Source of the DNA: Candidatus Kuenenia stuttgartensis
GTDB lineage: Bacteria; Planctomycetota; Brocadiia; Brocadiales; Brocadiaceae
NCBI RefSeq assembly: GCF_900232105.1
Contig: NZ_LT934425.1
Coordinates: forward strand, 1,890,001 to 1,922,000
Reading direction: 5' to 3'
Length of the DNA: 32,000 bases
In this document: one piece after another, positions 1-7,541 of the stretch
Layout of the letters: the number at the start of each line of letters is the position of its first letter
Numbering within the stretch: position 1 is the first letter of the stretch
The notes under the pieces: generated by a model
Databases searched by the model: none
Told to the model about the DNA's origin: nothing
The model's input: only the letters and a program-made list of their open reading frames with translations
Program-made: the position numbers and the translations under genes

Positions 1-509
1 TCGTAACCGCTCCCTTCATTATCCAGAAAATTGCCCCAACCCCCTGCCCTTGCCGTTTTCCCGTCAAAACGTTCTCCATACACGATGGAACCAGTGCCGG
101 AAATTACAACAATTCCATGCCGATTGCCAGCCCCGGCAACAAGAGAAATAATTGCATCCGTATACACCTCAATCTGCATATCTCCGGCAAATAAATGTTT
201 ATACCGTGAATCCGCACCATAACGGTCTGTTACCTGACAAATTACCTTTCTCATTGTATGCCTTGTCTCTTCCTCTACACCCCCGGCTATGCCTGCACAC
301 AAGGCCTCTATCCTGAATTCGGGAACGGACGAAGAGTGGATGGCACCGGAAATGGACTCCTGCATTGCGGCTCTTATATCGTCATTATTAACCAGATTGG
401 GATTCGCAGGGCCCCCCCTTCCCTGCCCGATTATCTTTCCTGTATCATCAGAAAGGAGGCAAGTGGTTTTTGTACCCCCGCCATCAATTCCCAGTACACA
501 ACTTTTCAT
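1..509 (-). CDS. BadF/BadG/BcrA/BcrD-type ATPase (N-acetylglucosamine kinase-like), C-terminus truncated by window edge
   Basis: Reverse complement from ATG at 509 reads MKSCVLGIDGGGTKTTCLLSDDTGKIIGQGRGG..., a typical phosphate-1 loop (GIDGGGTKT) of this family. The supplied ORF track lists only antisense ORFs here. Confidence 0.85.
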   Translation of the reverse strand, partial: MKSCVLGIDGGGTKTTCLLSDDTGKIIGQGRGGPANPNLVNNDDIRAAMQESISGAIHSSSVPEFRIEALCAGIAGGVEEETRHTMRKVICQVTDRYGADSRYKHLFAGDMQIEVYTDAIISLVAGAGNRHGIVVISGTGSIVYGERFDGKTARAGGWGNFLDNEGSGY

Positions 510-837
510 TATTGACTGCACCCTCCCATTCATCTTAAAAAGGTGTCTGCAAGACATATAATGTAGTCAAAGAATCTATGCTTTCAAAATAAGCTCTACT
601 CTTTTATGGTCTTAGTGAAAGACCTAGTTTACCATTTAAAATACCCGTTTGTCGAACACTCTTCATAAACATATTTCTTGCATGTACAAGAATACATTTG
701 TAGAATCATTTTTTTGTTTTTTAAATCCTTTTTTCACATGGTAACTATTTCCTGTAAAATACTTTATCAGGAAATACGTAATCATATATTTTGTTTAATC
801 AGTAAAATCATTCTTTTTTTGAAGGGTACGCGGGATT

Positions 838-2142
838 ATGCGCAGAGGCATTGAACATGAAGGTTGGAGACATCTTACATATGAAATTAGAGCTATCGTA
901 GCGGTAGCAAATGAATTAAAAAAATTAGGCGTTGAAATAACCTGGGAGAACATAGGGGATCCTGTTCAAAAAGGAGAGAAAATCCCTCAATGGATAAAAG
1001 ACATTGTTATTCAATTGGTATCAGAAGATAAGACATATGGATACGTAGCAACACAGGGCGTTCCGGAAACGAGAAAATTCCTTGCCGATCTGGTAAACAA
1101 ACGCGGCGGGTATCAAATTTCGCCGGACGATATTATCTTTTTCAACGGATTAGGCGATGCCGTTTCCACCATCTTCAGTCTTTTGAAGAGGGAAGCACGT
1201 GTAATTGGACCTTCGCCTGCATATTCCACACACTCATCAGCAGAGGCAGCCCACTCCGGGTATGATCACCTTACGTATGATCTTGACCCTGAAAACAATT
1301 GGCTGCCGGATCTTAATGATATTGAAAATAAAATAAAGTATAACGATTCCATTGCCGGCATGCTTATCATCAATCCCGACAATCCTACAGGATCGGTATA
1401 CCCGCGCTCCTTCCTTGAAAAGATTGTTGAAATCGCAAAAAGGTATGAGTTGTTTCTCATCTGTGACGAAATATATGCAAATATCGTTTATAACGGCGCG
1501 GAAACGGCAAATCTCAGCGAAATAATCGGCGGAGTGCCCGGCATGGCAATGCGCGGCATTTCCAAAGAATTTCCATGGCCTGGTTCCAGGTGCGGATGGA
1601 TTGAGGTATTCAACCAGGAATCAAATCCGGAATTCAAGAACTATATCAAAAGTTTAATTAACGCAAAAATGCTTGAAGTATGTTCCACCAGCCTGCCCCA
1701 ATATGCTATTCCGCTGATAATGGGTAATCCCAATTATCCGGCACATCTGAAAATGCGTAGGGAGAAGTATGAATACCGTGCGTATGAGGCATGCGAAATC
1801 TTTTCAAAGGTAGATGGCATACGAGTGGTAAAACCCCAGGGGGCATTCTATATGTCCATCGTATTTAAGGATGGTGTTTTAAATGCCCAACAAACCCTGC
1901 CGATCGAAAACATTGCTGTTAAAAAATACATCCTGGATAAGGTAAGTGGTGTGGAGGTAGATAAAAGGTTTGTTTATTATCTTCTCGGGGCAACGGGGAT
2001 ATGTGTTGTGCCATTAACAGGCTTTTGCTGCACAAGGAAGGGATTCCGCATCACGCTACTGGAAGCCGATGATGAAAAACGAAAATGGACGTGGAATACT
2101 ATTGCTGAAAATATAAATAAATATGTAACCCCCTGCAATTGA
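838..2142 (+). CDS. PLP-dependent aminotransferase class I/II
   Basis: 434-aa ORF with NPDNPTGSVYP and SKEFPWPGSRCGW (PLP-lysine region) and ICDEIYAN motifs. Confidence 0.88.
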   Translation: MRRGIEHEGWRHLTYEIRAIVAVANELKKLGVEITWENIGDPVQKGEKIPQWIKDIVIQLVSEDKTYGYVATQGVPETRKFLADLVNKRGGYQISPDDIIFFNGLGDAVSTIFSLLKREARVIGPSPAYSTHSSAEAAHSGYDHLTYDLDPENNWLPDLNDIENKIKYNDSIAGMLIINPDNPTGSVYPRSFLEKIVEIAKRYELFLICDEIYANIVYNGAETANLSEIIGGVPGMAMRGISKEFPWPGSRCGWIEVFNQESNPEFKNYIKSLINAKMLEVCSTSLPQYAIPLIMGNPNYPAHLKMRREKYEYRAYEACEIFSKVDGIRVVKPQGAFYMSIVFKDGVLNAQQTLPIENIAVKKYILDKVSGVEVDKRFVYYLLGATGICVVPLTGFCCTRKGFRITLLEADDEKRKWTWNTIAENINKYVTPCN

Positions 2143-2575
2143 TTTTTAAAAAACGAGAACCATTCATTTGGAATGTCCTGCGGGTAAAAAGCAGTATGGA
2201 CATGTTTTGAATACCCCCATTTTCAGGTATTGACAGGAAAAAAAAACTGTTTATATTTGAATATAGAGAAAAAGCCTCTGCTGCACAGTATAAATTGAGA
2301 AAACTAAGTAATTTGCCAAACTACCGGAGTGTAAAGCGAACCTGTTTCCAAACCTTGTGCTGAACATAGTGAAGTATCTGCTTGGGAAGGAAGCATATAT
2401 TGTTTTACGCTGAATAGTTACGTTTGCGGAGAAATATAGAAATCATTTGTTTAGATTAAATCAAAAAAATAATTTTTTACCATGCTGGAAGGGGCATTAA
2501 AACCGGTTCTGATTTTGTGGGGGGTTAAGTATTTTAGTCCAGACGATTTTACCTTTATTGAAAGGAGGCATCACT

Positions 2576-4225
2576 TTGAAAATTAACCATTTAAGAAAGA
2601 TGTTCTTGGTTGTACCGCTTTTTATATTGTGGGCTGTTATTGGAAGCAATTCATGGGGAAGTGGTATTAAACACGATCCTGACGAAAAAGGAAAACATTA
2701 CCACGGTCATATTAACGATGAACCAGGTCCCAGGCATTATGAAACGATACATAGCGAAAAAGAAAAACCCAAACCCAAACCCAAACCTGAGCCTAAATCT
2801 GACATGTTAATAACCTCTATGGCATACCCAACAGGCAATAAGGACTGTTGCAGCGTTATTTATATGGAAAAAATAGCACCCAGGACAGGCGCAGTGGGCG
2901 TTCCTTATGAATATGTTATAAAAGTAACAAACCTTATTGACAGCAAGATTGATGATGTAGAGGTTATTCATAGCCTGCCAGGCAATTTTAACATAACAGG
3001 GTCAGACCCTGATATGTTAAAAAGTATAAACGACAGCATGAAAGAAGGTATTGCTGTATGGGAACTAGGCACACTGCAGCCTCATGAAACTAAAATTATC
3101 CGGTTAGCAGGTACCCCTACCAAAGAGGGTAAGATGCCGTTTTGTACCGACCTTGAATATCAATTGCCGGATATTTGCCTCGAACCGGAAATATTGCAGC
3201 CAAAGTTGTTGCTTTCCAAAAAGGCTCCGGAATCTGTATTGCTTTGCGATACCATACCATTGACTTTTGTAGTACAGAACAGCGGAACGGGAATGGCCAG
3301 GGATGTTCAGATAAAAGAATCATTGCCTGACGGATTAACTACCCAGGACGGACATGCCAGTGTGATCATGAAGATCGGCACCCTTGCGCCTGGAGAGTCG
3401 AGAACGGCGACACTAAATGTTACAGCAGAAAGAATTGGTGAATATCATAACATTGCAACAGCAGTTGCGGATGGCGGATTAAGCATTGAGTCAAACAAAA
3501 CAAGCACGGTTGTATTACAGCCCAAGTTGGAGATTGTAAACACAGGACCTGACAACATCTATCTTGGACGTAACATTACCTATGATATATCGGTAAGTAA
3601 CATAGGAAATGGTCCGGCATCGGCAACAGTAGTAACAGATACCATCCTTGCGAATGCTACATTTTTGAATGCGACCAATGGCGGAGCAATGTCGGCAGGT
3701 GGTGTAAAATGGAATCTGGGTACTTTACAGCCAAACGATTCAAAAAAATTAAGTATTACCGTACAGCCAAATGGTATTGGTACCGTTGAGAACAAGGCTA
3801 CTGCCGAGGCGGTATGTGCAGAAGCGGTATTTGCAACCGTAACTACAGATGTTGCTGGTATTTCCGCTATATTGCTTGAGGTTGTTGACGTACATGATCC
3901 AATTGAGGTGGGACATGATGAGATATACATTATTACCGTTACCAACCAGGGAACTGACCACAGCAGAAATATCAGGATAACCTGTACACTGGAAGATAGT
4001 ATGGAATATATATCCTCCGGCGGTGCAACTAGCGGGACAATCGATGGTGAAGGCAGGACTGTAACATTTAGTCCATTGCCAAGCCTGGCTCCAAAAGCAA
4101 CGGCAACATGGAAGGTTGAAGTAAAGGCCTTGAGCGACGGCGACGCGAGGTTTAAAGTTAATATGACCGATGATCGTTTGACAAGGCCGGTAGAAGAAAC
4201 CGAGGCCACCCATTTCTATGAATAA
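2576..4225 (+). CDS. Secreted/surface protein with repeated DUF11 (Ig-like) domains
   Basis: TTG start at 2576 preceded by AAAGGAGG (2561-2568); hydrophobic N-terminus; His-rich segment HYHGHINDEPGPRHYE; (KP)n linker; repeated 'GTLxPGESRT' and 'YIITVTNQG' DUF11-type units. Confidence 0.8.
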   Translation: MKINHLRKMFLVVPLFILWAVIGSNSWGSGIKHDPDEKGKHYHGHINDEPGPRHYETIHSEKEKPKPKPKPEPKSDMLITSMAYPTGNKDCCSVIYMEKIAPRTGAVGVPYEYVIKVTNLIDSKIDDVEVIHSLPGNFNITGSDPDMLKSINDSMKEGIAVWELGTLQPHETKIIRLAGTPTKEGKMPFCTDLEYQLPDICLEPEILQPKLLLSKKAPESVLLCDTIPLTFVVQNSGTGMARDVQIKESLPDGLTTQDGHASVIMKIGTLAPGESRTATLNVTAERIGEYHNIATAVADGGLSIESNKTSTVVLQPKLEIVNTGPDNIYLGRNITYDISVSNIGNGPASATVVTDTILANATFLNATNGGAMSAGGVKWNLGTLQPNDSKKLSITVQPNGIGTVENKATAEAVCAEAVFATVTTDVAGISAILLEVVDVHDPIEVGHDEIYIITVTNQGTDHSRNIRITCTLEDSMEYISSGGATSGTIDGEGRTVTFSPLPSLAPKATATWKVEVKALSDGDARFKVNMTDDRLTRPVEETEATHFYE

Positions 4226-4303
4226 TTTCTTATAAAAGCCGGGAGTTATTTATTGGTCGGTTAATGTGGTTAGTATGATATTTATGGGTACTCATAAATA
4301 GAA

Positions 4304-4338
4304 GCAAAAAAGCCAGCTCTTTTTGCTGGCTTTTTTGC
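4304..4338 (+). terminator. Rho-independent-like terminator after the first DUF11 gene
   Basis: Perfect 14-bp inverted repeat GCAAAAAAGCCAGC / GCTGGCTTTTTTGC with a 7-nt loop; U-rich right arm. Confidence 0.8.
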
Positions 4339-4386
4339 TTTCTATAAAATTGTTTAAATAGCATGCATTTAATGGAGATACTATAT

Positions 4387-5979
4387 ATGAATAAATTTAA
4401 AAGAGCCGTATTTTTGCTTTATATTCTTTTCGCAACTTTACCATTTTTATACGGGTGTAGTTATACAAACAGGTATTTTTCGAATGAGAAGGAAGTTGTT
4501 TCCGCGCGAGGATACGATGAAACCCAGGCAGCATCGGAAAAAAAATCTTCCGTAAAAAAAGAAACAAAATCGGAAGCCGCAGCCGAATATAAAAGACTTC
4601 ATATGTCGGATAAACAGCATGGGCTTGTTCTTATCGATAAAAACCTTCCTTCGGAACCTCAGGTAGGGCAATTATTCGACTATGTTATCACGATAACCAA
4701 TGTTTCAGGCCAGAAGCTGATGGATGTAAAGGTAATCGAAACGCTTTCAAATAATTTTGAAATGAAAAACGCCACTCCAAAAGCTGATATAACAAAGGAA
4801 AATGTTATACAATGGAACATGGGAGAATTGTCTCCGGATGAAAACAAATCATTTCGGGTATTTGGTATTCCGGTGAAAGAGGGATCCATATCTTTCTGTA
4901 CGGATGTCACCTATAATCTGCCTCCATTCTGTTCCATTGCAAATGCAGTACAGCCAAAGTTGCTGCTTACCAAAAATGCGCCACCGGCGGTATTGATTTG
5001 TGATGTGATACCTTTTACGTTTGTTGTGCAGAATTCAGGAACCGGATATGCCAAAAATGTCGAGATAAAAGAATCTTTGCCTGAAGGTCTCAAAACGCAC
5101 GATGGGCTTTCCAATGTTGTATTGAAAATTGGTACTCTTGCTCCAGGTGAATCAAGGACGGTTACATTGGACGTAACCGCCGATAAAACAGGAGAGTACC
5201 GTAACGTTGCAACGGTAGTTGCCGACACTGGATTAAGCGCTGAATCTAACAAAACAACCACTGTTGTGCAAAAACCGGAATTGCAGATTACAAAGAAAGG
5301 GCCTGGCAAGATATACATCGGACGTGATATAACATACGACATAGCAGTGAAAAATGTAGGAGATGGTAATGCCGGAACAACGGTAGTGGAGGATACAATA
5401 CCCGCAAATGCAACATTTTTAAACGCAAGTTCCGGCGGTGTACTGTCTGACGGCTCTGTCGTTTGGAACCTGGGTACATTGTATTCAAAAGATACGAGAA
5501 AGCTAAGTATTACCTTGCGTCCTAACGGACTTGGGTCTGTATTAAACAGGGCCACTGCCGAGGCAGTCTGTGCGGATGCCGTATCGGTAACAGCAGCGAC
5601 TGATGTCTTAGGTATTGCTGCTATATTGCTGGAAGTAGTTGATGTACATGACCCGGTTGAGGTTGGGGAGGACGAAACTTATATTATTACGGTAACGAAC
5701 CAGGGATCTTCCCATAGCAAGAATGTTAAAATGTCATGTACGCTTGAGGACGAGATGGAGTATGTGTCATCATCGGGCGCAACCGGTGGTAGTCTTTCAG
5801 ATGATGGCAAGGTTTTCAGCTTTGATCCGCTACCAAGTTTGGCTCCAAAGGCAAAGGCAACATGGAAGGTTGTTGTAAAAGCACTAAGCGAAGGGGATGT
5901 ACGGTTTAAAGTTTCGATGCAGGATGATCGCCTTGACAGGCCAGTAGAAGAAACAGAGGCCACTACTTTCTATAAATAA
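4387..5979 (+). CDS. Lipoprotein with DUF11 domains, tandem paralog of 2576..4225
   Basis: ATG 4387 with GGAG upstream; signal peptide with lipobox-like LYGC; long parallel similarity with the upstream paralog (e.g. AILLEVVDVHDPxEVGxDExYIITVTNQG, RPVEETEATxFY at the C-terminus). Confidence 0.82.
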   Translation: MNKFKRAVFLLYILFATLPFLYGCSYTNRYFSNEKEVVSARGYDETQAASEKKSSVKKETKSEAAAEYKRLHMSDKQHGLVLIDKNLPSEPQVGQLFDYVITITNVSGQKLMDVKVIETLSNNFEMKNATPKADITKENVIQWNMGELSPDENKSFRVFGIPVKEGSISFCTDVTYNLPPFCSIANAVQPKLLLTKNAPPAVLICDVIPFTFVVQNSGTGYAKNVEIKESLPEGLKTHDGLSNVVLKIGTLAPGESRTVTLDVTADKTGEYRNVATVVADTGLSAESNKTTTVVQKPELQITKKGPGKIYIGRDITYDIAVKNVGDGNAGTTVVEDTIPANATFLNASSGGVLSDGSVVWNLGTLYSKDTRKLSITLRPNGLGSVLNRATAEAVCADAVSVTAATDVLGIAAILLEVVDVHDPVEVGEDETYIITVTNQGSSHSKNVKMSCTLEDEMEYVSSSGATGGSLSDDGKVFSFDPLPSLAPKAKATWKVVVKALSEGDVRFKVSMQDDRLDRPVEETEATTFYK

Positions 5980-6055
5980 AAGTGCCGAATAACAGTTCGT
6001 TGTCGGTGAATTGTTTTTCCACGTTTTTAATCAGTATTTTATTAAGAGATAACCG

Positions 6056-6087
6056 TCCTTCCTCATTTCAAGTGAGGAAGGATTTTT
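6056..6087 (+). terminator. Rho-independent terminator
   Basis: TCCTTCCTCA-TTTCAAG-TGAGGAAGGA followed by TTTTT. Confidence 0.85.
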
Positions 6088-6132
6088 ATCTTTGTCCAAT
6101 ACAAAGATATAGTCAAACAAATCCGATTTTAG

Positions 6133-6156
6133 GCAACACTTTAGCCTTTTGAAAAA
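6133..6156 (+). repeat. 24-nt intergenic motif copy A
   Basis: GCAACACTTTAGCCTTTTGAAAAA; runs into the hairpin at 6151. Confidence 0.7.
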
Positions 6157-6199
6157 TTCATGTAGTGCGACGAGGTTCGTCGCACTACATGAATTTTTC
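6151..6199. repeat. REP-like long hairpin
   Basis: 23-bp perfect arms GAAAAATTCATGTAGTGCGACGA / TCGTCGCACTACATGAATTTTTC around GGT. Confidence 0.85.
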
Positions 6200-6205
6200 G
6201 TTCTC

Positions 6206-6385
6206 GCTACCAAGCTCTGCAGACGGGGTCAAAATTAACTTTGTTTGTCTCAAAAGTGGGGATGAACTACTATAAACCCCCGTTTTTACTCATATTTTAC
6301 CGTTTTTCATCAACAAAGTGGGGAGATTAGACCCATAAAACAAAGCAAAATTACCCATTTGGCCAAGTATGTCCGGTTTGGGAAC
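6206..6385. mobile_element. MITE-like noncoding element, copy 1 (diverged)
   Basis: Left arm GCTACCAAGCTCTGCAGACGGGGTCAAAATTAAC; right arm reverse complement GTTCCCAAACCGGACATACTTGGCCAAATG. Internal AACTTTGTTTGTCTCAAAAGTGGGG is shared with 29341..29516. Confidence 0.55.
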
Positions 6386-6397
6386 GAGCGTTTTTAC

Positions 6398-6421
6398 CTT
6401 TTCAAAAATCTAATCTGTTGC
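6398..6421 (-). repeat. 24-nt intergenic motif copy B
   Basis: Minus strand GCAACAGATTAGATTTTTGAAAAG. Confidence 0.6.
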
Positions 6422-6541
6422 AAAAATTCCAATAATAGCGATGTTTGCCGCGCAGTTTTTACACAGTCGCGCCATCTGCGCCTTAGTGGTTATGAAGCAC
6501 TTCGTTTGAAAAGAACCTATATAAGCACAGACGGAAAAGAT

Positions 6542-7177
6542 ATGAAAAGAAGCCATGCTCTTTATTCAGGCAGTCTTGCCTTACTAATCATTCTTGTGTT
6601 AATTGCAATAGTACCTGCTAATAGCATTGTGTCTGCGGCAATGGAGACTTATGCTATTAAATCAACGGGCAGTGTAGTTACGGCAATATTCCTTCGCAAT
6701 ACCCCGGAAAATGGCTTATCACCGGAAAAGATACAATCCGTATTGAAAGAAAAAGGACTATTTGATTCGCGAAGAAATCCTTTAGGAAAAGGAATTACCC
6801 ACGCGTATGAAATACAAAAAGCGGGAAAAGTTGTGCATGACCGGGTTGTTCATATTATATGGCAGCAATCCGGTTCACAAAAAAAAATGAATTACGCAGG
6901 GGCAAAACACTATATTTCTAAACTAAACAGTGACCAATTTGCGGGTTATAACGACTGGCGTTTGCCAACCACCGAGGAAGCCATGTCGCTAATGCAATCA
7001 GTAAAGAAAAAGTGCGGATTAAACATCGATGAGGTATTTGATCCCCTCCAGGAAAGAGCCTGGACTTCAGATATAAGAAAAGAAGGGACGGCATGGGTTG
7101 TCAGGTTTGATTCGGGATATTGCGACTACACCTATACAGATGCCAACATCAAATACCACGTTCGCGCCGTAAGGTAG
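6542..7177 (+). CDS. DUF1566 (Lcl C-terminal-like) domain exported protein
   Basis: N-terminal hydrophobic segment; ...YNDWRLPTTEEAMSLM... and C-terminal YHVRAVR, characteristic of DUF1566. Start taken as internal ATG (MKRSHALYSG) of the 6359..7177 ORF because of signal-like sequence. Confidence 0.7.
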   Translation: MKRSHALYSGSLALLIILVLIAIVPANSIVSAAMETYAIKSTGSVVTAIFLRNTPENGLSPEKIQSVLKEKGLFDSRRNPLGKGITHAYEIQKAGKVVHDRVVHIIWQQSGSQKKMNYAGAKHYISKLNSDQFAGYNDWRLPTTEEAMSLMQSVKKKCGLNIDEVFDPLQERAWTSDIRKEGTAWVVRFDSGYCDYTYTDANIKYHVRAVR

Positions 7178-7423
7178 CAAAGAAAGAGGGGCATCGGCTC
7201 CCTTGCGGGAGAGAGGCTGATTGCGAGGATTAAAAAACTCGTATGATCCTGCGGAGCGCTGCGTACCTATAATTGGCCAATGACGAAGCACATTCTAATT
7301 ACAAAGCATAAGATTCAAATCCTATTCAAAACATTACAAAGCTTTAATTCTTTGAAACCGTAGTGACGAAGCATTTGCGACAAACGGTTGCTGCTCGCTA
7401 TTCACGTAATAGCTAATTCCAAT

Positions 7424-7470
7424 AAATTTTCAAGTAGTGCGGCGAGGTTCGTCGCACTACTTGAAAATTT
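7424..7470. repeat. REP-like long hairpin, second copy of the 6151 core
   Basis: 22-nt arms with 1 mismatch, AAATTTTCAAGTAGTGCGGCGA / TCGTCGCACTACTTGAAAATTT, same GGT centre as 6151..6199. Confidence 0.8.
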
Positions 7471-7541
7471 CCAGTTTCAAAAGACAAAGATGTTGCGATA
7501 AGTTACTAATGCATTCCCTTACAAAATGTGGTTGCCTGCCC

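Noticed and set aside
2280-2560. Long leader upstream of the first DUF11 gene as a riboswitch
   Set aside because: Some short complementary segments exist but no known riboswitch core could be matched confidently. An Rfam scan would decide.
3580-4209. 209-aa antisense ORF opposite the first DUF11 gene (and the similar 214-aa ORF at 4911..5555)
   Set aside because: Both are low-complexity Ser/Thr/Val/Pro translations antisense to well-supported genes. Paralog duplication explains why both exist.
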